64,000 bases of DNA from Oculina patagonica (lineage: Eukaryota). This document shows positions 13,038 to 25,290 of this stretch, piece by piece. The DNA lies in NCBI RefSeq assembly GCF_052425735.1, contig NC_135767.1, forward strand, positions 14,322,001 through 14,386,000, in the 5' to 3' direction. Under the pieces are notes generated by a model. That model was not told the origin of the DNA. It worked only from the letters and a program-made list of their open reading frames with translations, and made no database searches. The translations under genes and the position numbers were made by a program. How positions within the stretch are numbered: the stretch's first letter is position 1; each line of letters opens with the position of its first letter.

Positions 13038-15079
13038 ATGGAGAGTCATTACTTTAACTCAGTTGTTTCTCTCGTGGATTCTGCAGTTTCACCCAGTCCT
13101 CCTGTCCGTGCTTCGTCCTTGCCACCAGTCTTCCGTCCATCGCTGACTGACTTCTCCATCAGAAGGATCCTGGGTCTGGAGAATGACGTAACACATCAAG
13201 AGTCAACATGCTCCGGTGAGTCAAATTTAAGCAATTCTGTAATAGTACGGTCAGTTTGTAATAATTGGATGATTTAGAAACCAAACTGATTGACGTGATA
13301 GAAATATATATATTTCTGTAATAGAGCTGAGGTCACTGATAATTACAAATTAAGCTTCTAGTGGTATAATATCAAGCTACCGGTTGTCTTCAAAATCACC
13401 CTCTCAATCAGTTGAAGACAAGAAATGAAAGGATATAATTTTAGTAGCGAGAATCAGATCTGAAACTTTTGAAGCGCGTATTTGAAGAAACTTGCGTACT
13501 CTCTGCGTACAGTTAGTTGTCTGCCGTACAATGTTTTTTCTTAGTAATAGATGCAATTGCAAATTGATTTCAAAAGTTAATTTTGCGGAAAAGGATACAA
13601 TTTACGTGTCTCATCGAGCAAAAGTCAGAGAAAACGAGAAATGCTATGAGAACACAAGCCGATGTTGCAGCTTTTTCGAGTTTTTTTTTTCTATTTTTTT
13701 TTCTATTTCCTTTCTATAACAAACAAAAGACTGGTCAAATTCACCTCCATGCACATGCTAAAACTACCTGTCAGTTAAAATCCACCTTCATAGAAAAACT
13801 CGAGCGATTTATAAATGTTAATGTTTAATTTTTCGTGAACAGTAGCAGTGGAACTCCGTCACTCCATTCAGACTCCAAGTCCTCAACACAGCTACAGTGA
13901 TACCAGCCCACGATCATCTCCTTATTCCGACAACACAAGTTCCACCAGCGATTGTGACAGCGATCCCGATCAAGTATCGACACATTCCGAGCAGCCACCG
14001 AGAAAGAAGCGACAGCGAACGACTTTCTCGCCGATTGAAGTGTGGGAGCTGGAACGAGCATACAAGCGGCGGCCATATCTAATGTGTGAAGATGAGGAGG
14101 AACTGGTGCAGAGACTTGGTATCCCAGCTAGAAGTTTGAAGGTGAGTTGGATTTAATTATGTTGTGAAAGTTTTGTGCTACTAAAACTTTGACCCCTGAA
14201 TAATTTTTCTTTCATGGTCAATCAAATTATTTATGTGCTGCATTTTGAACGTTTTGAAACTAAAAACAATGAATTTTTCCCCATATTTTTTAAGTCTTTA
14301 AATTGTGGGTTAATTCTAGACAATAATTCATTTAGTTGATTTTTTTTTTATCTTGCCGTCTATCTGTGTGACATTTTATGGATTTTGTTACAAACATACG
14401 CAGAGAAAAGTAAACTCTAGTTATCAAATCAAGTTTTCGAACAATATGAAAAAAAATTCCTGTCTTGGTCTTAGCATGACCAATTTAACATGTTTAGTAA
14501 TGTTATCGTACTTTGATTAATTTTCATTTAAAAAAGCATAGAAAAGGTTTATCGTCGTATACAGTTTTTTTTATTCATTTCAATAAGCGTAATTTTACTC
14601 GAAAATTATTGTAAAACTTTCAAGTCCTTGTTGATCAGGTTGATTTTTTGCTGAATGTATTTAACGATTGATTTGTGGTTTATTTTCAGTATTGGTTTCA
14701 GAACCGCCTAGCCAAATCAAGAAAAGAAGAAAGAAAGGTGACATCCGTCCATCAGACCAGCCCGTCAAACCAGTTTGGGCGTCCTACCACTAGAGTCATG
14801 CCTTGTGAGAGAACCCAGTTTCTGATCCAGTCCCCTTCAGATCACTGGAAGCAAGCTGAACGTATGTCCAACCCAGTGCTGCAAAACCAGTTAGAAGATA
14901 AGCCGCGCAGCCGACCAATTACAGCAGACTACCAGTACTCGTCATTCAAGTCAAACCAGTTTAAAAGCCGTTCATCGTTCCTGTTACCCATGTTCCACCC
15001 GGACCAGTTCAAGAGAAGACCAGCTGAGCCCGCAAGACTATCGTACAGCTGTAACTTACGTAGATACCAGCCGTACTAA
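13038..15079 (+). CDS. Divergent PRD-class (Q50) homeobox protein, copy 1; exons 13038-13215, 13843-14141, 14690-15079; ~288 aa; R53L variant
   Basis: eh1 motif TDFSIRRILGL; homeodomain KKRQRTTFSPIEVWELERAY...SLK|YWFQNRLAK with a phase-0 intron between codons 46 and 47; GT-AG sites keep frame; ends RYQPY*. Confidence 0.88.
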
Positions 15080-15689
15080 ATGTAAGTTTTTGAAAAAGAA
15101 ATGGTCTAAAATACGAAGCAATTTTCATTTTTAACCTATGAATAAAATAGCTTAGACATTTCTCTTTGTAGTGAAGAAAGGAACCGTTTATGTAAACAGA
15201 CGCAATTAGAATAAAACTATTTAGAGTCATTAGAAATGTGTGTTTACTGTAAAAATAAATTAGTGTAATAATCAGATGGTACTAATATAAATAAACACAT
15301 TTTATAGTTAAAAAAGCGTCGTTTTCTTTTGTACTAAGTGTATAATATTTACAGTGCGGCACGCCTTACCGTGGCCACCCAACAAACTTTTTTACAATTG
15401 TGTTTTCGTAATATTATTATTTGTTTGACGAACATGCCTCCTTGCAAAGTTGAATACGATCAAATAGATACTTGTTACATCGTATTTATCAACAAAACGC
15501 AGTGAAAACGTCAAATATTACAATATGACACTTGTAAAAAAAGTTTGTTGGGTGGCCACGGTCACGATAATTTCAGTGCGAAAACCGAATTCAATCATTG
15601 TTTTATCTTTCGAAAAAAGCTGCCGTTTTTCTTAGAATTGGACAATACTTCACTTGAGCAGAATTTTATTTGCAGCAAAATCAGGGGGC

Positions 15690-15890
15690 TTACGTTACCT
15701 TGTTAACGTAGTATATAAGTGTCAATTTCATTCCAGTTCCAGTTGGTTGGTAGCAAATAATAGCAAATAGTGATTGTGAAATAAGTCCAACGCAAAGATC
15801 AGTGACCGCCAGGCATCACAACAACAGTTTTGTTGGTGGACAAAGAGAAGACTCTTTATGAAGGGCAACAAGAATCAGAATCGCCCAGTG
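15690..15890 (-). pseudogene. Class A GPCR fragment (TM1-TM2)
   Basis: Degenerate [32 protein letters not shown], similar to the intact GPCR at 55540-56463; duplicated at 20036-20240. Confidence 0.7.
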
Positions 15891-16479
15891 ATGCGGTGAT
15901 CGATAGAAAAATATTTAAGGCTGAAAGAAAAGCAACAACTATAGACATGTCTGTTGGCCTTAGCATTTCTCTTGTTTTTTTTTTTTCAGCTCGCTTGTGT
16001 AGTTTCCGAAAGCAGTCATTGCATAAAAGTTCTTCATAGTTGTTCACTAGTGCATGCAGTTAAGCGTGTTTGATGGCCAATGAGCTTTCCGCTGTGAAGG
16101 GGGAGATCAGTGTTTTAAAACACTTTCGAACTGAACAATATTAAGTTATTAGCCAAAACAAATAGTCGACGTCGGAAGAAAACTCCCGAAAGGATATAAA
16201 AGCTTCACCAAACAACTATCAATAAAGCTTTCATGGATTAATTCGGATATATTAAAAATGCAGATTACAAGTTTTGCTGATGATAACAGTGAAACGTGAA
16301 AATTCTTCAGTACTGAAAAGCCTCGCCTTACGACAACTCCAAGTACAACAGTAAAGTATCCGGGAAATGAATCATTAAAACTTCGGGTTTTACTCATTGT
16401 ACTAATAAGCGCTAAAAACATCATCGATTATTGAGCGACTGACCAACTTTCAGCAAAACACATCTTAAAGAAATATTGA

Positions 16480-16905
16480 CCTCCATGCTAGATTAATATG
16501 TCTTACTTGGGTGGTGAGATCTGAGGGTAGCATATTGGTTTCGCTAGATAATTATGTCTAACTTGAGTGATTAGTTCCTTATTGAACTCATGTTATCTGT
16601 GGGAGCATATTAACCTCGTGCTACATTATTCTTGGTTGGTGAGTTCGTTATGGAACTCATACTATCTGAGGGCAGCATTCTATCCTTGTGCAAGATTATT
16701 GTCTTACTTGGTTGGTGAGTTCCTTATGGAACTCATATAATCCGAGGGCAGCGTTCTAAACTCGTGCAAGATTATTATGTCTATTTGGTTGCTGAGTTCC
16801 TTATGGAACTCATATTATCCGAGGGCAGCATTCTAACCTCGTGCAATAATATTATTATGTCTTACTTGGTTGGTGATTTCCTTATGGAACTCTTATTATA
16901 TGACT
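16480..16905. repeat. ~78-bp minisatellite, 5-6 copies, at the junction of the copy-1/copy-2 duplication
   Basis: Recurring TTGGTTGGTGAGTTCCTTATGGAACTCATATTATCCGAGGGCAGCATTCTAACCTCGTGC; each unit has the hairpin GAGTTCC-TTAT-GGAACTC. Confidence 0.85.
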
Positions 16906-17262
16906 AGCTCCGTAAATTCTTAAAAGTGCCACAAGGAAAATATAAGCTATTCAGCAAAACAACAGTTCAAACAAGCCAAAAGGCCGATAATTGATCGCCA
17001 GAGCATTGTGAAAGGAGCGGCTACCGCTTAGTTATGTAGCCGTTATTGAGCGGTGAAAAAATTTGTTAATTGTTGAAGTTCTTTAGTTATCGGCCGATAG
17101 TTAGTTTCTTTAGTTATCGGCCGAAAAACCATTGTTTTTGTCGGAGCGCTTTGTTGTTTGTTGATTGGCGGCTGTCAATGTATAAATAGGGTTTGGGGTT
17201 GTATGGATTCTTCATTCAGTTTGTGCAGCAGTTACTGTAACAAGTTTATCAGCTCAGTTGTA

Positions 17263-19307
17263 ATGGACAGTCATCACTTTAACTCAGTTGTTTCTCTCGT
17301 GGATTCTGCAGTTTCACCCAGTTCTCCTGTCCATGCTTCGTCCTTGCCACCAGTCTTCCGTCCATCGCTGACTGACTTCTCCATCAGAAGGATCCTGGGT
17401 CTGGAGAATGACGTAACACATCAAGAGTCAACATGCTCCGGTGAGTCAAACTTAAGCAATTCTGTAATAGTACGGTCAGTTTGTAATAATATGATGATTT
17501 AGAAACCAAACTGATTGACGTGATAGAAATATATATATTTCTGTAATAGAGCTGAGGTCACTGATAATTACAAATTAAGCTTCTAGTGGTATAATATCAA
17601 GCTACCGGTTGTCTTCAAAATCACCCTCTCAATCAGTTGAAGACAAGAAATGAAAGGATATAATTTTAGTAGCGAGAATCAGATCTAAAACTTTTAAAGC
17701 GCGTATTTGAAGAAACTTGCGTACTCTCTGCTTACAGTTAGTCGTCTGCCGTACAATGTTTTTTCTTAGTAATAGATGTAATTGCAAATTGGTTTCAAAA
17801 GTTAATATTGCGGAAAAGGATACAATTTACGTGTCTCATCGGGTAAAAGTCAGAGAAAACGAGAAATGCTATGAGAACACAAGCCGATGTAGCAGCTTTT
17901 TCGAGTTTTTTTTCCTATTTTTTTCCTATTTCCTTTCTATGCCCTATAACAAACAAAAGACTGGTCAAATTCACCTCCGTGCACATGCTAAAACTACCTG
18001 TCAGTTAAAATCCACCTTCATAGAAAAACTCGAGCGATTTATAAATGTTAATGTTTAATTTTTCGTGAACAGTAGCAGTGGAACACCGTCACTCCATTCA
18101 GACTCCAAGTCTTCAACACAGCTACAGTGATACCAGCCCACGATCATCTCCTTATTCCGACAACACAAGTTCCACCAGCGATTGTGACAGCGATCCCGAT
18201 CAAGTATCGACACATTCCGAGCAGCCACCGAGAAAGAAGCGACAGCGAACGACTTTCTCGCCGATTGAAGTGTGGGAGCTGGAACGAGCGTACAAGCGGC
18301 GGCCATATCTAATGTGTGAAGATGAGGAGGAACTGGTGCAGAGACTTGGTATTCCAGCTAGAAGTTTGAAGGTGAGTTGGATTTAATTATGTTGTGAAAG
18401 TTTTGTGCTACTAAAATTCTGACCCCTGAATAATTTTGCTTTCATGGTCAATCAAATTATTTATGTGCTGCATTTTGAACGTTTTGAAACTAAAAACAAT
18501 GAATTTTTCCCCATATTTTTTAAGTCTTTAAATTGAGGGTTAATTCTAGACAATAATTCATTTAGTTGATTTTTTTTATCTTGCCATCTATCTGTTTGAC
18601 ATTTTATGGATTTTGTTACAAACATACGCAGAGAAAAGTAAACTCTAGTTATCAAATCAAGTTTTCGAACAATATGAAAAAAAATTCCTGTCTTGGTCTT
18701 AGCATGACCAATTTAACATGTTAAGTAATGTTATCGTACTTTGATTAATTTTCATTTAAAAAAGCATAGAAAAGGTTTATCGTCGTATACAATTTTTTTT
18801 ATTCATTCCAATAAACGTAATTTTACTCGAAAATTATTGTAAAACTTTCAAGTCCTTGTTGATCAGGTTGATTTTTTGCTGAATGTATTTAACGATTGAT
18901 TTGTGGTTTATTTTCAGTATTGGTTTCAGAACCGCCGAGCCAAATCAAGAAAAGAAGAAAGAAAGATGACATCCGTCCATCAGACCAGCCCGTCAAACCA
19001 GTTTGGGCGTCCTACCACTAGAGTCATGCCTTGTGAGAGAACCCAGTTTCTGATCCAGTCCCCTTCAGATCACTGGAAGCAAGCTGAACGTATGTCCAAC
19101 CCAGTGCTGCAAAACCAGTTAGAAGATAAGCCGCGCAGCCGACCAATTACAGCAGACTACCAGTACTCGTCATTCAAGTCAAACCAGTTTAGAAGCCGTT
19201 TATCGTTCCTGTTACCCATGTTCCACCCGGACCAGTTCAAGAGAAGACCAGCTGAGCCCGCAAGACTATCGTACAGCTGTAACTTACGTAGATACCAGCC
19301 GTACTGA
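17263..19307 (+). CDS. Divergent PRD-class homeobox protein, copy 2; exons 17263-17440, 18073-18371, 18918-19307; intact
   Basis: Near-identical to copy 1 including introns, but with canonical WFQNRRAK. Confidence 0.92.
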
Positions 19308-19761
19308 ATGTAGGTTTTTGAAAAAGAAATGGTCTAAAATACGAAGCAATTTTCATTTTTAACCTATGAATAAAATAGCTTAGGCATTTCGCTTTGTAGT
19401 AAAGAAAGAAAACGTTTATGTAAACAGACGCAATTAGAATAAAACTATTTAGAATCATTAGAAATGTGTATTTACTGTAAAAATAAATAAGTGTAATAAT
19501 CAGATGGTACTAATATAAATAAACACATTTTATAGTTAAAAAGCGTCGTTTTCTTCTGTTTTAAGTGTATAATATTTACAGTACGACGCGCCTTACCGTG
19601 GCCACCCAACAAACTTTTTTACAATTGTGTTTTCATACTATTATTATTTGTTTGACGAACATGCCTCCTTGCAAAGTTGAATACGATCAAATAGATACTT
19701 GTTACATCGTATTTATCAACAAAACGCAGTGAAAACGTAAAATATTACAATATGACACTTG

Positions 19762-19872
19762 ATGTAATGTATATGAAGCCCTGTAATGTATATGAAGCCC
19801 TGAATTTTTTTCAGGCTTCTTTATTCCAATTGCTTAAATTGGAAATTCACTGCGACGATCATTTATCACTCT
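19762..19872. mobile_element. Short retroposed fragment with 13-bp TSD
   Basis: AATATGACACTTG duplicated (19749-19761, 19873-19885); insert absent from the copy-1 flank at ~15522. Confidence 0.8.
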
Positions 19873-20035
19873 AATATGACACTTGTAAAAAAGTTTGTTG
19901 GGTTGCCACGGTCACGATAATTTGCGAAAACCGAATTCAATAATTGTTTTATCTTTCGAAAAAAGCTGCCGTTTTTCTTAGAATTGGACACCACTTCACT
20001 TGAGCAGAATTTTATTTGCAGCAAAATCAGGGGGC

Positions 20036-20240
20036 TTACATTACCTTGTTAACGTAGTATGTAAGTGTCAATTTCATTCCAGTTCCAGTTGGTTGGTAGC
20101 AAATAATAGCAAATAGTGATTGTGAAATAAGTCCAACGCAAAGATCAGTGACCGCCAGGCATAACAACAACAGTTTTGTTGGTGGACAAAGAGAAGACTC
20201 TTTATGAAGAGCAACAAGAATCAGAATCGCCCAGTGATGC
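20036..20240 (-). pseudogene. Class A GPCR fragment, duplicate of 15690-15890
   Basis: ORF 20036-20317 contains [33 protein letters not shown] and then truncates. Confidence 0.75.
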
Positions 20241-21759
20241 GGTGATGGATTGATGGCCAATGAGCTTCCTGTTGTGTAGGGGCAGAATTTATTGCACGCC
20301 AGAGTAGTCATGATCATTTATACGACAATTTTTATTAAAACACTTACGAACTTAACAACATTATGTTATTAGGCAAAACAAAGAAAGAATAAAAGCTTCC
20401 TGAAACAACTGCCTTAAATTTGATGATTTCCATCGACGATCTTTTCAGCCAAAAAGTTTTCACATGGATTAATTCGTAACATTATTTAAAATAGGCTTAC
20501 GCAGATTTGTAGAGGACAGCTGAAGTTTTAAGCCACAAATCTGGCTTTATATCAAGGTGCACACAGTGGAAAAACAAATGGTACAAAAGCACTTGTTAGT
20601 TCTTTCCACATTTTCTAATTGGGGTTTATATTTAACTTGAGTGATTGCTTTCTTCCCGTTTACTTAGAGAACAATGAAGTACACAATTAGCTGTTTCTTA
20701 AGAAATATTACTTATGAGTAATATCCAACCTTTTTTTGTAGGTGGGGAGCAAATATGTCATTGTCACGTTGTTAAAAACAAGAGATTGCGCGGGTCACCA
20801 AGTGGGCAATCTTATGCGACCGTCCAAAATTCAACTTTAAAAGATATGGCCGCTTCTTACTTTCCTATGCTATAAAAAGAGCGGTATTCTAAATGAACCG
20901 GCGCACAAACTCAAACAGAAATTGTATGAAAAAGAGCATGCCGCCAATGAAATAAATTCACTGCGCTGGATATGTTTGAGTGCCCGGCTCTACACAAACG
21001 CTTGCTGAATTTATGCGCCATGTAGTTTTCAAGCCAACATTTCTGGTTGATTTAACGGGCTCTTCCTTTGGCATTGCCGTTGTACTTCTCAAGAGATAAA
21101 CTGTGATGTGTACGACTTTTTAATTTTGCACGTCAAGTCAGTGACGAGAAAGATCACTCGCAGACGGAGAAGTCGTTACTGCACATGGTTCTCAGCACAA
21201 TATTTTTGTCCCTATTTACCAATGTTGTATAATGTTTTCTACGAGTAGTTTTTATTTACAACAAAAATGAGATAGGTGATTTAATTGTCTGTACACAGGT
21301 ATGTTCGATTGTAACTTTCAACGGCGATCATTCTTAATTTCTTCCCGCTCACAATATCTGATACTTTATATTGATATACCTCTAAATTATCAAAAGTGAG
21401 TTTAAGATAAAGATAAGCTATTTAGCAATGAGAATAAATATATTGAGGCTGAAACGGGTAACACGCCTCCGTTCGACAAAAACAAGCGGAGACAAAGCAA
21501 TTGCATTTACCGGTCAGGATATCTTAAAACGAGCGGTTACCGCTTAATTCTGTAGCCGCTATACGGAGCGGTGCGAATATTTGACAATTGTTAAATTCTC
21601 TTGTTATCGGCAATGTCGGCCGAAAACCATTGTGTTTGCGGACCGCTTTGTTGTTTGATGATTGACGGCCGTTAGTGTATAAATAAGGTTTGGGGTTGAA
21701 TGGGTTCTTCATTCAGTTTGTGTAGCAGTTACTGTAACAAGTTTATCAGCTCAGTTGTA

Positions 21760-24136
21760 ATGGAGAGTCATTACTTTAACTCAGTTATTTCTCTCGTGGA
21801 TTCTGCGGTTTCACCCAGTCCCCCTGTCCGTGTTCCGTCCTTAGCACCAGTCTTCCGTCCGTCGCAGACCGACTTCTCCATCAGCAGGATCCTGGGTCTG
21901 GAGAATGAAGTAACTAATCGAGAACCGACATACTCCGGTGAGATCAAACTTTCGAAGTATTCTGAAAACACTAAGTAATAAGGTTTTAAAGTCAAATGTT
22001 GATACTGAAATCGAAGTGATCATGACGTATAGAGAGGTTGTCCTGATAGAGCAGAGGCCATTAATAATAACAGTATAGATTGATTTTTGATTGAGTGTCG
22101 GAAAACCTTAAGGACACGTACAATCCAGTGAACCAATCAACCTTGAAACAACTGTCATATAACCGGCAGGAAACGCGGAAAATGTGTGCGATTGTTTTGG
22201 TTTTACATGTAATTGCTCAAGAAAGTTGCGCAAATTTTTTTAGCTATGAGCAATCACAAAGCGTAGACAAAAAAATCCATAGCAAACGCTTAATACTTTT
22301 GATACTCATGTGAAAATCAATCTTGTTTTCAAAGTTTATTTCTAGCGGAAATATAATTCTGTTTGATGACCCGATCAAGTTAACTGAATAGACCACCAAT
22401 TTACCAACAAAGGTCTAACAAGTACGGATCTAGTGTGTAAAGGAAACACGCTAACGTACACTGTGCAATAAGTTATTCGTATGCATTCTGCTTAGAAGTC
22501 TAGGAACTATTTGATGAAAAATAAATTACCTCGGTACATTTAAATTTTAACGAAGTTCAACTGTTTTTCCCGGATATAAGCCGTCCATAAATTTCCTGCA
22601 TTTTGCTATGTATCCATTAAACAAGTTAAATTGGTATAGAAATTACACATCGTAGAAAACTTCTTTATCAGATGTTAACGATCTTTTTTTTTCAACAGCG
22701 CTGGTGGAATGCCGTCACTCCATTCAGACTCAAAGTCCTCAACACAGCTACAGTGATACCAGCCCACGATCATCTCCTTATTCCGACAACACAAGTTCCA
22801 CCAGCGATTGTGACAGCGAACCCGATAAAGTTTCGACACATTCCGAGCAACCATCGAGGAAGAAGCGGCAGCGAACGACCTTCTCGCCGATTGAAGTGTG
22901 GGAGCTGGAACGAGCGTACAAGCGGTGGCCATATTTGATGAGTGAAGATGAGGAGGAACTGGTGAAGAGACTTGGTATCCCGGTTAGAAGTTTGAAGGTT
23001 AGTTCCTTTGATTTTGTTTAGGAAAAATAGTGACGTTGTTTGACCGTTAACCTAATCAAGAACCAATAGCTGATAAAGCTAAATTGTCGCATCATAAACC
23101 TTAAAAAATATTTGCAAAGGAATGTTAATAAGGTTTTTTTTAATAGTATTAGATACGGTCGTAGATAGTCTTAGTTACACGGCCCCATAACCTATTTTAG
23201 TTTTAAGTTTTTTCACCGTGTAAAATTAAAAGTTGTTGTTGTTGTCATAATTTTAGCAACATTTGTTGTTTAGGTTTTGAGAGAATGCAGAAAGTGAATT
23301 TTTTTGTTATTCTGGCATAACAAGGAGACGTCGTTACGCTTTTTATCGTAATTTTTACCTGTTAGACAAATTTAAACGTAGGCAAATCCAGTGTTACATA
23401 TTTTTACCACAATATAACTTGGTGACAAGTCAAGAAATTTATCTAAAGAGGTCGACTGGATTCCAAAAAATTCCAAAAACGTTAGTGCAAGTTCTCAAGC
23501 TAAAATCTGGGATAGGAAAGTTAAAAGACGAGGAAGTTATTTTTCAGGAGGTTAACACTATTTAAACTTACTTATCTTTGCTAGTGCATCACAAAATGGC
23601 GTCCAAACACCCCGTCGAAATTTGTTGACGTCTTGACACGTTGGAGGTCGAGTCTAATACAATCAGTTCAGCTTAGTTTCAGCCACGTTCAAAGTGGACT
23701 ATTTGAAAAACACGGATAACAGGAAGGTTAAGTCTGACAACTCGGTTAACGGAAAGTTCTTCTTTTTTTATTCTTTCAGTACTGGTTTCAGAATCGTCGT
23801 GCAAAGTCAAGGAAAGACGAAAGAGAGTCAGCATCCATCCGTAAGACCGACCGGTCAGACCAGTTTGGGCCTTCCACCAGCAGACTCCATCTCGAAAGTT
23901 GGCAACCACGGCGACAACAGTTACCTGTCAATCACGGCTGGCAGATTCACCGTGAGTTCCTTACAGTGCAGGCACACCGGTCAAACCAGTTGTCACACAC
24001 GCCTCAAGTGACAGTTAAGCATCCCTCGTCACTCCAGTTACCCATGTTCCACCCAGACGAGTTCAAGAGCCGACCAGTTACCGAGCCCGCAATGCTACCG
24101 TTCAGCCGCAGATTACATAGATACCAACCGTATTGA
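21760..24136 (+). CDS. Divergent PRD-class homeobox protein, copy 3; exons 21760-21937, 22699-22997, 23780-24136
   Basis: TDFSISRILGL; homeodomain ...SLK|YWFQNRRAKSRKDE. Exon 3 (not in the ORF track) is open for 119 codons, ending PMFHPDEFK...RLHRYQPY*. Confidence 0.9.
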
Positions 24137-24734
24137 ATGTTTATTAATTAATCAATAATAACAATAATAGCCGCATCGATGTGAAGCTTTCATCAGTTAA
24201 CTGTTTGTTTCTATTTATTAAGGGGTCTATTAAATAATTATATTACCGCATGATTATCTGTAAATAAGGACTTGTATTAAATAAGATATATTTGCTTATA
24301 GCAATAAAGAGTTAGCACAAATATTGTACCATAGATAAGTTTTGAGTGTAAATAAAATATCATTTGTAACTGCAATCCGACTGAGTGTTGTGTTTCGGGA
24401 AAATTATCCTGTTTTCTAATTTCATTCCTACCTTCGATTAAGGAAAATACACTGAAACGGAAAATATACTGTGTTCCAGTTATCCCCAAAGCGGTTTTAT
24501 ATTCCCTTGTTCTCTAACATATCGTGTCTTTGTTCCCTTGTTCCCCAGTTGAAACAAGCCATGTTCCCTTATTCCCCCAAATCACCTCAATATGGTGGTC
24601 ATAATATCAAACACGCAGTGTAGTATATTCCACCATCAAAATTATTTCAGGTCTGAAAATTTAAATATAACATAAAAAAACTTAGTAGATAATAAAGATG
24701 GTAAATTTTAATCGTCTATTATCTACTAAACACT

Positions 24735-24947
24735 TAATGATTTCGACATTGCTGATCCTAGCAGTATGCAGGACGTGTGTCACATATCAACCTAGTAAAT
24801 GGCCAAGCTCACCACGAGTCTCTCGTAGCTCAGTTGGTTAGAGCGCCCAACCGGTATCTGGGAGGCCATGGGTTCGATTCCCGTCGGGGACTCAGAATTT
24901 TTCTTTGTCCCATGCTTGTGTCATTGTTGAGAAATTTCATCTTCATT
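24735..24947 (+). mobile_element. tRNA-related SINE-like repeat
   Basis: A box TAGCTCAGTTGG and B box GGTTCGATTCC embedded in a repeat also present at 61100-61283. Confidence 0.7.
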
Positions 24948-25290
24948 AAAAAAAAAAGAAACTTGTTTGTGCGACAATCTTAAAAACACGTTCATCCGGG
25001 ACATCATATAGAGCAACACTGAACCGATACCAAAATTTGCCTACCTAATGAGATTTGATAAGGCTCAGTACTGTAAATAGTGCTAGTTAATTACTTGCTA
25101 TCATATCCGCCCGTCAAAAAACTGGTTTGACGAGTTAGCGATCGTGCAAGAGCATGAAACCGAGGCATTTCCCTCATTAGCTGTTGTTTTTTTTCGCTCG
25201 CCATCCGGCTGGTCCTTTGTAAGTACGTTTCGCCACGTGGCTACTGGAAGCTGAAATAAACAACTCTTCCAACCTCAGGGGAAATTCACA

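Noticed and set aside
16480-16905. CRISPR-like array (palindromic repeats at regular spacing)
   Set aside because: The sequence between hairpins is itself repeated, with no unique spacers or cas genes; the context is eukaryotic.
12690-20280. Copies 1 and 2 as uncollapsed haplotypes
   Set aside because: Not fully excluded, but a unique junction sequence and a copy-specific insertion favour a real tandem duplication; read depth would decide.
24820-24893. Functional tRNA gene
   Set aside because: A/B boxes are present but embedded in a dispersed repeat whose flanks recur at 61100-61283; more likely tRNA-derived.
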